A DNA stretch of 64,000 nucleotides from Octopus sinensis (lineage: Eukaryota). Location of the stretch: assembly GCF_006345805.1 (NCBI RefSeq), contig NC_043007.1:7874001-7938000 (forward strand). The letters are read 5' to 3'. Made by a program: the position numbers and the translations under genes. A model generated the notes under the pieces. It did not search any database, was not told the DNA's origin, and saw only the letters and a list, made by a program, of their open reading frames with translations. This document shows, one piece after another, positions 1 to 13,266 of this stretch; positions within the stretch are counted from its first letter, which is position 1, and each line of letters opens with the position of its first letter.

Positions 1-345
1 CTCATCCTGTCCATCCATGTCACACCAACCATAGCCCTTAAACATCTCGAGCATTTGTTCCAAGCAAGGCTATAGTTTTTGCATAATGTGGAGTGTTTAG
101 CGTCCAGGCATTGCTCCTATGTTTTTGGTTCAAATGTTTCTTTATCATTCCCAAATTATTAATGGTGTTTTATTTCCCACAGCTTGAATATTTCGGTTTC
201 CAAGTCTTTGTACTTTGACAATTACTCCACTTTTTTGGGGGGCAATATTTTGGTCAGAAGGGACTTAGACATTGGCCATCTCGCCTCTATGGCTTGGTAG
301 CACTGTATGTTAAAATTCCAGAGTATTTTGTAATGTTCGTTTTCT
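1..345 (-). mobile_element. R4/Dong-like non-LTR retrotransposon, restriction-like endonuclease (RLE) C-terminal fragment, degenerate
   Basis: Minus strand reads ENEHYKILWNFNIQCYQAIEARWP...KKVE*LSKYKDLETEIFKLW, matching the ILWDF..QTD..RPD and EK..KY..L..E...W motifs of RLE LINEs; the 5' end abuts a (TAA)n tract. Confidence 0.7.
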
Positions 346-366
346 ATTATTATTATTAAAATTAAA

Positions 367-410
<44 letters not shown>

Positions 411-427
411 CATTATTATTATTATTA

Positions 428-460
<33 letters not shown>
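346..460. repeat. (TAA/ATT)n microsatellite between two R4/Dong fragments
   Basis: Direct sequence. Confidence 0.95.
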
Positions 461-462
<2 letters not shown>

Positions 463-778
463 CGACTCAGGTTCGTACTTACTCCTGGTAGAATTTATGT
501 GGGTGGCGGGTTACTACCTGAAACTTTAGGTATCCCCAAGCTTTCAATAGTGTTTCAGGGGCTTAGAACCCTCCTGATAATCTTTCCTATCCCTAAGAGG
601 CAAACTTTCTGTAGAAGCTCTCCAGGACATTCTATTCCGATCTCCTTAACTCATTTGTCTATATCTTCGCTTACAGTTCTCAATGCACAAATTATTCTAG
701 GAACGACCTTTACAGTTTTCATATTCCAAATTCTTGCAATTTCAAATTTTAAGGAATTGTATTTTCATTGTTTTTCGT
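461..778 (-). mobile_element. R4/Dong-like retrotransposon 3' end (RLE C-terminus and 3' UTR) running into (TAA)n
   Basis: Minus translation EKQ*KYNSLKFEIARIWNMKTVKVVPRIICALRTV...LLQKVCLLGIGKIIRRVLSP*; 3' UTR runs directly into the TAA tract. Confidence 0.8.
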
Positions 779-1112
779 CAGAGCGTGAAGAGTCGGAAGA
801 AACGGTGTATTTTGTTCCACGAGCCACCGATTCTGCCAGAACGCCGCTACTTTGTTTTCAAACGTTAAAACACGCAGTTTTAATTGTAAGGAGAGGAGCC
901 GATACCATCGACTCTAGCTCATGACTGGTATTCTATTTTATCGACCCCGAAACGCTGAAGGATAAATTTGAGCTTAACGGGATTTGAACGTCAGAATGGA
1001 AAGTGCAAAAACATATACCACAAGGCAGTTTTTCTGACGAGTAATAGTGATAAAACTCAGAAAGGCAAAATACCAAATCACAATGAGAACGAAAAAAAGT
1101 AATCATAAAAAC

Positions 1113-1370
1113 TAATTCGTTTTTGGATTTGGTTCTCGAATTAGAATATAAAAATATAAATATTAGCATTGGGTTGAAAAAATGCTTTTGGACAGAAAAA
1201 GTCGAAGGCTGTCCATGGGATCCGGAGCTACATCAACAGGCAGTCTACCACTGTACCACGAGCAGTTTTCGACGAATTTTATCCAAAAATGGGTTTCCAA
1301 CTCAACATTTCCAAGCTATTTTTTATAGCTTTGAATGTATTTCGAGAATCAATTCCGAAAAAATAATTAT
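1113..1370. mobile_element. Degenerate MITE-like inverted repeat
   Basis: ttttggatttggttctcgaa...ttttggacagaaaaagtcgaaggctg is imperfectly mirrored by cagttttcgacgaattttatccaaaa...ttcgagaatcaattccgaaaa. Confidence 0.4.
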
Positions 1371-1879
1371 CCCGCGTTCCCTCGGTTGTTTATAAATTCT
1401 TATGAAATCATAAAGATTAAAAAAAAAAAGAATAAGGTATGCTTATGCTGTCAGTGATGATGATGATGAATGATTAAGTATAAAAACAAGATAAAAGATA
1501 GAAATGGAATTTAGAAAATAAAACTATAAACAAAATTAAATAATAAAGATTAATGTGTAAAGATAGAAGGGTTGATAGAAAGATGGCGGTGAATGCGGTG
1601 AGGGAATAAATGGGTAGAACGAAGCATAAAAGATGATGATAAGAGAATACAAGGAATGAGGTAGATTGATGAGTGCTTCCCGTGAGCCCTGGGTTGAGAT
1701 TATAATCATGCAGGTTCTCTCTCAGAAATAAACTCACAGAGGCGCACACGCCACACACCCCACGCACACTTATACACATACATACGGATATATATATATA
1801 CATATATGAGAGGTGGGTCTGTGTTTTTGTATATGCACAGATATCAACACACCTTGATAAACATACCTACATATGTATT

Positions 1880-1925
<46 letters not shown>

Positions 1926-2206
1926 TATATAGATATATATACATACATACATACATACATACATACATGCATGCATACATACATGCATGCATGCATACAT
2001 ACATACATACATACATACATACATACTACATACATACATACATCTAGATGTACACAAAAATTGGTGTGTGTACCAATGTGAAGCTACATAAATATGTGTG
2101 TGGTCGTGTAAACGTGCCGAAGTCTAACAGCGTTTGTGGATAGATGAGCGTACATATGCTAGAATGTATGTGTGTACACATGTGTATGTATGTATATTTA
2201 TATATA

Positions 2207-2264
<58 letters not shown>

Positions 2265-2699
2265 ATATATGTTCATACATACAAATACTCTCTCACACAC
2301 ACACACATATGTATATGTATATACAGTAATGTAAGAATAGTTATGTATATTAAAATACATTTATTTACATAGAATAAACGTTGTCTGATATCGAATTCAG
2401 TGGGCTGGTTTGAGTGGTTAGATATCCCTGTTATATCAGATGTTTAATAGAATACTCAGAGCCTAGGTTCGGAGGGCAAAGCCTGGAAACTGAGTAATTT
2501 AAACATATATTTGTGTATGTCTTTGCGTGTTTGCTAGAATAAATAGGTGGAACGGGATTCTCAGTTCTGGAGTTTATATAAACGTATTTTATTCTATTTA
2601 ATCGGTATGAAGTTACAAAAATGACTGAAGAGTTGACATTGTTGCGCATGTCACTTCTCCGTTTCACGACACTCTCTGCCGTTCCATCAATCTTTGGAT

Positions 2700-3010
2700 T
2701 TCCACCAAATAAAGTTATATAAAATGTGCGTACCACACGCACAAGCGACTTTTTTATAATTGTCATTTTACTTGTAACTACACCTTTTCTGTTTTAAAAC
2801 CCACAAAAACAATTCTCGAGTGGTTTTGTGGGGCTGGAACGGATTAATTATGTTTTAGTTAATTTCAATGGGGAAAACTGGTTTGTAAAACGAGTAGATC
2901 GTAAAACGAGTAGATCGTAAAACGAGTAGATCGTAAAACGAGTAGATCGTAAAACGAATAGATCGTAAAACGAGCTCGGTCATGAAACGAATTAAACTCG
3001 TACTGCGTGG

Positions 3011-3018
<8 letters not shown>
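2700..3018. mobile_element. pogo/Tigger-like DNA transposon end with internal 16-bp tandem repeat
   Basis: Terminus cgtactgcgtggtatcacta|ta resembles Tigger TIRs; subterminal ggctggaacggattaatt...caatggggaaaa motif; unit gtaaaacgagtagatc repeated about 5.5 times at 2885-2975; left boundary approximate. Confidence 0.5.
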
Positions 3019-3049
<31 letters not shown>

Positions 3050-3054
3050 GCCTT

Positions 3055-3470
3055 TTTACCGTTTGCTTGTTTCAGTCACCAGACTGCGGTTATGCTGGGG
3101 CACCTCATTGAAGGGTTTTAGTCGAAGGAATCGACATCAGGACTAATTTTTTAAAGCATAGTACTTATTCGATCGGTGCCTTTTGCCGAACGTAAAGACA
3201 CAAACCCCGGTTGTCAAGCAGTGGTGCGGGACAAATACTGACAGAAACACACATACACATACATGTATACAGATACACACACACACACATAGACACAGAC
3301 AAACACACGCACACACATATATGACGGGCATTTTCCATTTTCCGCCTACTAAGTCCACTCACAAGACTTTGGTTGGCTCGAGGCTATAGTAGAAAACACA
3401 TGTCCAAGGTGTCACGCAGTGGGACTGAACCCGAGACCAAGTGTTTGGAAAGTAAACTTCTTACCTCACA
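3055..3470 (-). mobile_element. tRNA-derived SINE family B (CORE-like body, internal (GT)n, CR1-like tail)
   Basis: Reverse complement of the family copy at 51195-51620 (ggttcagtcccactgcgtg..ccttggg; tail gtgccccagcat..ccgcagtc..gactgaaacaag). Confidence 0.8.
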
Positions 3471-3660
3471 ATGACGACTGGGCTGAAAAGTTCGTAGTCT
3501 GATTATGAAGGAGCGATTGTAGAACTGTGAAATTTTGCACGCATTGATTTCAACCCTTTTTTTTTAATTAATAACCGCGTTGGTTCTTTTCAGTTAAGCC
3601 TATATTTGACTCTTCTGGTACAGCAAATTACTCGTACAATGGTGCACTCGTACTGCGAAG

Positions 3661-3733
<73 letters not shown>

Positions 3734-3873
3734 AGTAAATAATTTCTATAATGGTTTTTAAAAAAAGACCACAATTATTTACTGGTAGAATTCGGTATGT
3801 AAATATAGCCGATTAACGGTAGGAACGTCTGTATATATACTGAACTTTACAGAACTTCCTACCGTTAATCGGC

Positions 3874-3932
<59 letters not shown>

Positions 3933-4295
3933 AACGCAAACTTGCATACGCATTGATGGCAGACTGTGAACTCCTTGGCTTTTATTTGAAAACATGGCCG
4001 TCGGGTGCCATTCATCAGTCTAATCTTTTAAGTCTTCTTATCATCGCCTTCTGCTTCTCATAATTACTTCGCTTCTAACGCCTTCACCCTCCAAACACTG
4101 TCTCCACTCACCCTTCTATCTCAACTCATTTATCTTTATATTTCTAACTTATTGTAATTTATATCTCTTCCACCTTTCATCGCCATCGCTACAAACACCA
4201 TTAGCAACCTTTATTATTAGTTAGTTTTCAATTGTCAGTTATTTATTATTGTTGTTGTTGTTGTTGTTGTTGTTATCATTATTATTATATAAGCT

Positions 4296-4510
4296 GGCGA
4301 GCTGGCAGAATCGTTAACACGCTGGACGAAATGCTTGGCGATATCTCGCCTGTCGCTACGTTCTGAGTTCAAATTCCGCTGAGATCGACTTTGCCATTCA
4401 TCCTTTCAGAGTCGATAAATTAAGTACCAGTGAAACACTGGGGTATTATATAATCGACTTATCCCTTCCCCCAAAATGGTTGACCTTGTGTTACAATTTG
4501 AAGCCGTTAT
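4296..4510 (+). mobile_element. tRNA-derived SINE family A
   Basis: ggcgagctggcagaatcgtt...ctgagttcaaattccgc (B box)...tcatcctttc..gtcgataaattaagtaccagt; more than 10 related copies in the window. Confidence 0.85.
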
Positions 4511-5540
4511 TATTATCATTCATTCGAAACACAGTGTAGGTGAAAATGCACCGGAGTCATTAGTCATCTATCAAGTCACAACAAGGACCTCAGACAGGTA
4601 ATGCTTTCCTTAAGATGTGCGTTGTGTCCAATAAGGCTGCTTTTTGCAAGACATCAATCTTACATGGGATTGCCAGTTGCCTTAAGAAGTCTTGAAGTTT
4701 CAATGGGATTGAGCCCAACGCCGATCACCACTGATATCACTTTTACATTACCCTCTCGCATTCCATACAGTCTTGCCATTTCCACTTTGAATTCGGAGTA
4801 GTACTGGTGATTTTTTCAACCTCTTTACTCACAGCATTCATGTCATTTGGTAAGGTCACATTAATGATCTGACAATATTTGTTCTCTTACTCAATATGAC
4901 AATATCTGGCGATGGTGTTCGATTACACGATCCTTCTAAAAATCATAGTCCCGAGGTATCGTTACTTTTTCATCCTCCTGCATATAAGTTTAGTTGGTAC
5001 TTGCTCATACCAGTTCTCTGTTACTTCATATCGGTTTTACGGCATAAGAGCCAATGAAGATACACACACATTTTATCGTGGCGGCGCTAGTATTCTTTTT
5101 GTGCAAGGCTCTCGCATCCACTTACCAAGTGGGTCACATTTTACACACTCTTTCCACAGAGTTTTATAGATGTAATACTTCATTGAATTGGTAGCGAGAG
5201 CCTGGTGTTGTGCAGCAATGATCGAGCTTTCTCTGGTACGCTTCGAATCACCTCACTCAAGCCATGCCCACGATGATGTATTATCCTTAACGTCCTGTGT
5301 ATTCCTTTCAAACTGTCCTTGCCTTCTCATTTCAAGAAGGTCTTCTTTTCTCTTCTCCTCAGCTCTTTGGTTAAACTCTTCCTTGCCCATCGCTTCATCT
5401 GCATTTACACCCGTATCTTTCGCGGCATATTGCAGCAGGTCTTCGTCACTGTTTATCAAATACTCGGCAAGCGTTCTTCTTTCACTCCTTATACAATGGT
5501 CTATACTAATTAGTCCTCTGCCACCATTCTTGTGTAATCG
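4508..5540 (-). mobile_element. R4/Dong-like retrotransposon 3' half (post-RT region, zinc finger region, RLE, 3' UTR, TAA tail), degenerate
   Basis: Minus: KNGGRGLISIDHCIRSE; SSWAWLE*GDSKRTRESSIIAAQHQALATN; HDKMC..LHWLLC; RPDIVI; KEVEKI..YSELKVEMARLYG; ends in gataataataac. Confidence 0.85.
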
Positions 5541-5559
5541 ACCTTTCTCCCTTCCCCTG

Positions 5560-5782
5560 AAAATGCTGGCCTTGTGGCAAAATGGAAATTTAATAAAGCG
5601 GCAATATCATTAGCACGCCAAACAAAATGCTTAGGGGCATTTCGCTCGTCCCTGCGCTCTGGGTTCAAATTCTGCTGAGGTCATACATTCGCAATCGATA
5701 AAATAATCGCTGGGGTTGATGTGATCGACTTATATCTGCTCTTGAAATTTCCTGCCTTGGGCCAAAATTTGGATCCAATATT
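5560..5782 (+). mobile_element. SINE family A, degenerate tandem fragments
   Basis: ctgggttcaaattctgctgaggtc; cgataaaata; gggccaaaatttgga tail. Confidence 0.6.
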
Positions 5783-6131
5783 AAGATATCCCTTGTCTGC
5801 GATTACTATGAATGCCTCACACAATGCACACACACACACACACATACACATGCATTATATACGTATGAATAGAGAGATCGAAAGAGAGACAGATTGACAG
5901 AGAGAAAGAGGGAGAAGAAGAGAGAGTAATGTTGTAACGTTGCCGTTTTTAAGAAAGATTTTCTTAAATTAAAAATTATTGATTATATTTCTAAAATTCT
6001 CGAAGACAAAAACAGAATGGCAAACATTTTGGAAGGAAGTTTTTGTATTGTGTGGAAGCACTTTCGCCGTTTACATTTTCTCAAACGCACGTGTTATGGA
6101 GCAATTGTTTTACTAGCGGTGTTTATATATA

Positions 6132-6516
6132 TCTCTCTCTATATAAACGGCAGTTTGTCTGTGCGTTTTCTGTGTGTCTGTTTTCTCGTACCCTCACTCT
6201 GACCACGGCTTTCAACCGATTCTGATGAAACTTGACCACACACATAGCCCAATGGTCATATTCAAAACTAACGCAGCGAAAATTTTGAAAAGTTCCCCCA
6301 GTTCTGAAAAAAATCGATAAATTCGACATGGGGTCGAGAATTAGAAACCCAAACCACAGACCGTCTAGGGGACGCAACTCCACCTTTTTTAACTCTCAAA
6401 AAAAATTTACCATCATTTCTTTTCCATTTTTTTGCTATATTTTGGCTATAACTCTCTAAAAATGCTTTATAGTTATTTCCCTTAGAAACCTGAGCAACGC
6501 CGGGCGATACTGCTAG
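6132..6516 (+). mobile_element. Non-autonomous Helitron
   Basis: 5' A|TC start (tctctctctatataaa), subterminal GC-rich hairpin (cctgagcaacgccggg), 3' CTAG|T end, no TSD. Confidence 0.75.
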
Positions 6517-6595
6517 TTATTATATATATTTATCTCTTTTTGATAGGTAGAAAGTTGCAAAAGTGATTCGAGAGCAGAGAGATGCGCATATATAC

Positions 6596-6628
<33 letters not shown>

Positions 6629-6779
6629 TATATATATATATATATATATATGCTAAGCCTGGTTCTCATTCTGTCGGTTTCTTTTGCCGTACAGGTGAGT
6701 TATGTAGACGTAAACATACCGATGCCTATTGTCAACAAGCAGCGGTAGGAGAGACAAATACAAACACACACACAAACGA

Positions 6780-7058
6780 ACCTTCCCCAACTATTCTGCT
6801 TATATGTCTGTGCACACTTTTGAGTGCAGTGTATGCCAGAAGGTTTGCAAATCCAACGGAGGCCTCAGAAGACATGTTAAGATTCACAAAGAGTAGAACT
6901 TATCTGCAGGTCTTGGTGGTCCAAATCAGAGGTGCAGTCTTTGTGGGTGTCTTTTCAGAACATTGTCTGGGTCAAAAAGCCACATCAGACGCCATGATGG
7001 TGCTAAGGTTTAGGTACAGGAGGTGGTCAGACCTCTGAATAAGGGAAGGCAACCACCA
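6780..7058 (+). mobile_element. Probable RTE-type LINE 3' end encoding two C2H2 zinc fingers
   Basis: Frame from 6825: CSVCQKVCKSNGGLRRHVKIH KE* ...CSLCGCLFRTLSGSKSHIRRH (two C-x2-C-x12-H-x3-H motifs); short 3' UTR, then (TA)n. Confidence 0.6.
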
Positions 7059-7071
7059 TATATATATATAT

Positions 7072-7180
<109 letters not shown>

Positions 7181-7189
7181 ATAAAATAA

Positions 7190-7248
<59 letters not shown>

Positions 7249-7819
7249 TTGGAGACAGGAAAAGAATAATCGATACTACTTCATCGAAGAGGAAGTATAA
7301 AAGTAGGAAAATTAAATGAAGTTGAAAATGTTCAGAGGGCATCTCGTATGAAGATTAATTTAGATTATAATTAATACACTGAACTGATTTCACATTAGTA
7401 TAATTTTCCAGTGTGGACGTTTTGAGGAACATCATTTATAGTATATAAATGTGTGTGTGTTTGTGTGCGTGCATGTGTGTATGTGTGTCTGTCTGTATCT
7501 GCGTGTGTGCGTATCAGTGTGTTTGTCTCTATGTGTACGTATGTGCGGGGGTGCGCGTGCGTGTTCATTCTTTGTGCATAAGACATTAATTATCAAAAAT
7601 CACGATGCCCGGGACATTAAAGTTTGCCTATCGGCTTCTCCATCTTGTCAGCTTCGTCTCTCCGTCTTGACAATAAATTTCACATCATCTCTAACTATAA
7701 AGTCGATCAATCGGTAAAGGTTCTTTCGTTATTCTTACTCTTAGATTCAATTAATAACTTCATCTTATCGTTTAGTATGTGTACATACTTATTTACCCAC
7801 GCACACTCATATATATATA

Positions 7820-8070
7820 CATCACGTGATCACGTGACCGACCAGTCCATCAGATGTAGTTACACATCGTTCGCATTGTTTTAGCCTTCGAATGACGCCA
7901 CCCGCTGGCTAAGCAAGCAGGCCAACAGAAGAAAGAGTGGTGAAAGAGGACAGCAGGGATCACCACCCCCTGTCGGAGCCTCGTGGAGCTTTTAGATGTT
8001 TTCGCTCAATAAATACTCACAACGCCCGGTCTGGGAATCACTGCCCTAACCACTGGGCCATTGCGCTTCC
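7820..8070 (-). mobile_element. tRNA-derived SINE family C
   Basis: Reverse complement of 46653-46960; ends tcacgtgatcacgtga plus (TA)n. Confidence 0.85.
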
Positions 8071-8115
8071 ATATATATATATATATGTGTGTGTGGTGTG
8101 TGTTGTGATAATATA

Positions 8116-8162
<47 letters not shown>

Positions 8163-8167
<5 letters not shown>

Positions 8168-8345
8168 GAGAATTCAAAAAGAACATAAAACGTCGACAGG
8201 TGGTGTAGATAAAAAAACAGATGTATTAGTATAACGCTCGGTAATTGAAAAAGTCTTTAACGTTTCGAGCCTACGCTCTTCCACAGAAAGAAACAAGGAG
8301 AGAAAATAAAGAATGTGTAGTGGCTGGTGATCTATCGTGGCGAAT
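8163..8345 (-). mobile_element. Short PLE-like element with variant hammerhead motif (8254-8291)
   Basis: Minus: tcttt CTGTGGA a gagc-gtag-gctc GAAA cg TT aaaga; homologous to 12925-13115 and 45545-45731. Confidence 0.6.
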
Positions 8346-8368
8346 ACACATTTATATATACATATGTA

Positions 8369-8438
<70 letters not shown>

Positions 8439-8454
8439 TGGTGTATGTATGCAA

Positions 8455-8601
8455 AAGTGGTTGTGTGGTAAGTAGCTTGCTTACCAACCACTGGGTTCAG
8501 TCCCACTGCGTGGCACCTTGGGCAAATGTTTTCTACTATAGCCTTGGGCCGACCAGAGCTTGTGAGTGGAATGGTAGACGGAAATGAAATAATCCCGTCG
8601 T
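8455..8601 (+). mobile_element. SINE family B 5' part
   Basis: gtggttgtgtggtaagtagcttgc...gggttcagtcccactgcgtggcaccttgggcaa. Confidence 0.8.
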
Positions 8602-8684
8602 ATATATGTATATATATATATATATATATATAGATAAATATATAATAATATATTATATATATAATATATATATAATATATATAC

Positions 8685-8715
<31 letters not shown>

Positions 8716-8808
8716 CATTATAGTATAATACTATATACATATATATAATAATACATATATATATGATACATATATAATATATACAATATATACTACTATA
8801 CATAATAT

Positions 8809-8842
<34 letters not shown>

Positions 8843-10063
8843 ATATATATATATGTACATATATATATACATAATATATATATACATATATATCTATATA
8901 CATATATATATAGTAGATATATTACATATATTCATTGACATATATACATATACATATATATGCATACATATTCATATACATATATATACACATATATATA
9001 CATACATATATATATACATATATATACATATATATATGCATACATATACATATATATACATATACTAGAGTCTTACCTATCATATGACCAGATAACTTTG
9101 GAAAGATAAATTGCCACCATGGGCCATATCAGGAAATGCGGCAGACATACAATAATTACAATTTGACCTTTTTTTTTATCAAATTCCTTCATACTTATAC
9201 AAAATGATGAAATGGATAACAATCTCCATAAGAAAAATAATTACTACCTTAAAATAAGATTATCTCCTACAACTTTCTTATTTTTATATTTACAATACAT
9301 ATGTATTATTTTTCTGCATGCTTTCAACGAATACAGTAATGTCCCCCATCGAAGACTTATCTCTGAAACTTTCCTTAAAAAATAGTTATTTTTTAGAAAA
9401 TTATGAAACACTCATTCTGCTCCTCTTATGCTAACCCTCCCTCCTTTTCTCTTTCTTTTTCTCTCTCCTTCCTTCTTTTCTCCTCTCTCTGTATCTCTCT
9501 TTTCTTCTCTCCCTCTGTCACTATACGACGTAATGCCTAATTGGAGAATCAGGCAACCAACCAACATTTATATCGTTTATTACTAGGTGTGTGTGTGTGT
9601 GTGTGTGTTGTGTGTGTGTGTGTGTATGTCTTGTGTGCATGTTTTTTGTGTTGTGCGTGTGTGTGTGTGTGTGTCTTGTGTGCATGTTTTGTGTATGCGT
9701 GCTCTATGTGTGAGGGGATTTTTGTACGGTTGAATGTATAACCGAAATTTTTCGATAATTTTCTCGCTATTAAATTAGATGTCACGAACAGAATACATTT
9801 TATCTTCCATTTTGATGTGGAGAATCACATAGTAACAGTAGATGAATTAGCTGTAGGACATTCTGAGAGACAAAACAGGACAGAGAGTGGTTTCTTTTAG
9901 CCTCAATTAACAAACACGTGTTATCAAACACTCGTCACTTCCCCTGTTCTGCCCAGCTGACGCTTCTCCATATTTCACTCTGTGTTTGGATTACGTTTGA
10001 ATTAGCGAAATGCTAAACGTTCGGAAATGACTTTGGAAAAATAGTCGCTCGTTGTAAGCAGTA

Positions 10064-10121
<58 letters not shown>

Positions 10122-10206
10122 CACACTCATCGCTCCGCCATTGGGAAAATAGTTTTGCTGTTCACACGATGCAAAATGCAGTTAGAAAGACAAATGCTTT
10201 CTTGGA

Positions 10207-10377
10207 TATTATTTACATTCGACGGATATTTTGTCCTCATCTTGTTTGTTGCTAACACATCGTTTCGGCTGATATGCCCTCCAGCCTTCTTCAGGTGTCT
10301 TGGCGAAATTTCGAACCTGTGTTCTCATTCCTAACGTTCTTTTTTTCGATGTTATTATTATTATTATTAGTAGTAGT

Positions 10378-10434
<57 letters not shown>

Positions 10435-11280
10435 GTTATTATTATTATTGGTGTTGTTGTTCAGGTCACTGCTTGGAATCGAACTAGGAATCTTGAGGTT
10501 AGTAACCCACGCTCTTAACCACTACGCCATATGGGCAATTATGGAGTGGATTTTAGAGCTTATATATCTAATATTCTCCTATTCTTCCTTAATACCGGTT
10601 CCCATATGCTGCTCATATCTGCACTCGGTCTGCTTAGGCGGTTGTTGTGTCCTAAGCATATGTGCTGCGTCTTTTAGTTTTCGTATTTTCCAGTGGTGAA
10701 GGAGATATTTGCGAAGTAAATATTTCGAGTAAACTCCCCAACAGGAGAGAATATGACCAAAGACTGCGTGTACTCCATCCCAAGCATCTATGGTAGGTCA
10801 TACAAAGCCGAAACGTGCCTCCCCCTTAAAATAAGAGTAGACGAACATCGCAAAGCTGTGACACGAAGAGACATTGATAAATCGGGCATAGCTGATCACG
10901 TATGGAAAAATGGAGAACACCTCCCCTTGTGGGATGAAGTTAAAATAATAGACAGTGGGCACCACTGGAAAATACGAAAACTAAAAGAAGCAGCACATAT
11001 GCTAGGACACAACAACCTCCTAAGCAGACCGAGTGCAGATGTGAATAGCATATGGAAACTGGTATTAAGGAAGGACAGGCAAATATTAGATTTATAACCC
11101 CTAAAATTCACTCTATAATTGCCCACGGGCATATGGGGTAGTGGTTAAGAGCGAGGGCTACTAACACAATAATAACATCGAAAAAAAACCTGAAGAATGC
11201 TGGAGGGTATATCAAGAAGATGAGGACAAATATCCGTCGAATGTAAATACTGTACATAATTCCTCATCGCTTAAATATCT
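10207..11280 (+). mobile_element. Penelope-like element: GIY-YIG endonuclease remnant with inverted pLTR arms
   Basis: ORF 10753-11097 CVYSIP..GRSYKAET...LKIRVDEH...SGIADH...RKLKEA is a PLE-type GIY-YIG; 10207-10697 is the reverse complement of 10960-11280. Confidence 0.85.
10253..10300 (-). ncRNA. Minimal type I hammerhead motif in PLE pLTR (cleavage dinucleotide mutated)
   Basis: agacac CTGAAGA a ggctg..cagcc GAAA cg AT gtgtta. Confidence 0.6.
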
Positions 11281-12924
11281 TAAATATCAAATAACTTCAT
11301 TATATATATGCATTTACATATGTATAATGAAGTTATAGAACTGCAGTTGCAATTCAGCGGGTAGAAACCGCCGTCACTCGGAAGCGAGTATGGCTTGGAA
11401 ATATACCGTGATTTTCGTTAAATATTTTAGCGACAGAACTAATTTATCTATGTAATTACTAGCAGCAGACACCATCTTTGCCATTAAGTATCACTTAAAT
11501 TAAAACAAATTACAATTTTTGAAAATGGAAAAGGAATGAGGCATGATTCGCATCTCGTGGCTGGGAAGCGAGCGTCTAAATTCTTCAGCCATATTTCGCC
11601 TACCAAACATGAATCTCTATTAGAAATATGGTCATTTTCCGCAAAACAAAACATTTACAGAAGAACCTGGAACTAAAGAATTGTTGTTGTTGTGGTTGTT
11701 ATTGCTACTATTGCTGTTGTTGTTGTTTAACCCCTGGTAAACTTTGACTGAAGAGACCTTTGATCATATGCGTTCCAAACGCTACCATACCATCTTTTAT
11801 TCAGATTCAATGAATGTATCTGAAACTACATCTAACATTCCATGCATTTGCTTTGTTTAAGATGGTCAGATAAATTTCGAAGGAATTTGGTTGCTATTTC
11901 TTGCAGGTCCATCACCCACCTATCACTCCTTCGTTGTCCGAGTGGATTATTTCAAAGCTTCAAATTGGAATGCAGACGAGAAACATTGAGGAAGTGAATA
12001 TAAATACAAATCGAGAAAACCAACTCTAAATGCCAGTGTTTTGATTAGATCAGTCAGAAAACATTTTGATCATGAAAGAATAAGCAAAAAATTTCTTTTA
12101 CAACTAAACAGGAAATATCGGAAGAAACCTTTGCATGTTGAATCGTTGAAGTGATATCCAAAGAGAGAAAAATAATTCTAATTTTAGCACAAGACCATCA
12201 ACTTTAAAGGGAGGAGGGTTAATCAACTGCTTGATTGGTCCCTTTCTGTTTGACTCCGAAAGATGAAAAGAAAATTTGACTTCGGTGGGTTTTAGTTTAT
12301 CTCAGAACGACAAGAGCTGCATTTTCTTCGCGCAGCCCCACAGCCTTTTTAGAATTAGCTCAAATCCAGAGATATTGAGTATTTGACAAGTAATTCCTTC
12401 CATCCTTCATCTTAAGAAGACGCTAAAAGATTGGTCAGAATTTGCAACGAAACTATGAAAAAAAGCTAAGGCTGTGGAGAATGCAGTGTCTGGAGCTATA
12501 AACCAAATTACTGCAACATTATAGGCCAAGTCCACGTTCAATGACTGGAAAAATACTAGCTTTGCTGATAACCAAATCTTCGATTGTCATTGATCAATCC
12601 CTAAAAAACAAAAACAATCCAGTCTGAAGGGATCAGGTTGACATGTCGATTTGGGTCCAATTTTGAAATAATGATTACTAGAACCTCAAACCTGGTTTTT
12701 GCTTCAGATTTTGCAGCTGAACAGCTGATTGATGATCTTGAATCTTATACTGCACACAAACAGAAAACATTGCGGGTATCGAGCCCACGATCTCGTTATT
12801 GTGAGAGCAACACACTAACTACAAGGCCACACTCTCTCCCTATCACACGCACATAATCATGTACAAATAAATACACACTTAGAATATATATGAACACACA
12901 CATATATACATAGACAACATATAT

Positions 12925-13115
12925 GTACGGCCATCGCCATGATTGACCGCTAGCTACTAAAGCTTTCTTCTTTATTCTCTCTCGTATTCCTTTCTGTTGA
13001 AGAGCGTAGACTCGAAACGTAAAAGACTTTCTCACCCTTCTGAGCGCTAAACTAATACACCTGTTTGTTGTTTATACACCTGTTTTCGTCTTTTGTCTTT
13101 ATGTAAATTCCAACA
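12925..13115 (+). mobile_element. Short PLE-like element with variant hammerhead motif (12989-13026)
   Basis: cttt CTGTTGA a gagc-gtag-actc GAAA cg TA aaag; followed by (TA)n. Confidence 0.6.
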
Positions 13116-13193
13116 ACATATATATGCATATATATGTGTGAGTGGGTATATACATATGCATATACATATATACATATATGCATACACACACAC

Positions 13194-13259
<66 letters not shown>

Positions 13260-13266
<7 letters not shown>

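Noticed and set aside
12370-12760. Possible ancient LINE RT remnants (also about 18860-19230, 45290-45480, 50320-50450)
   Set aside because: Too degenerate to assign by eye
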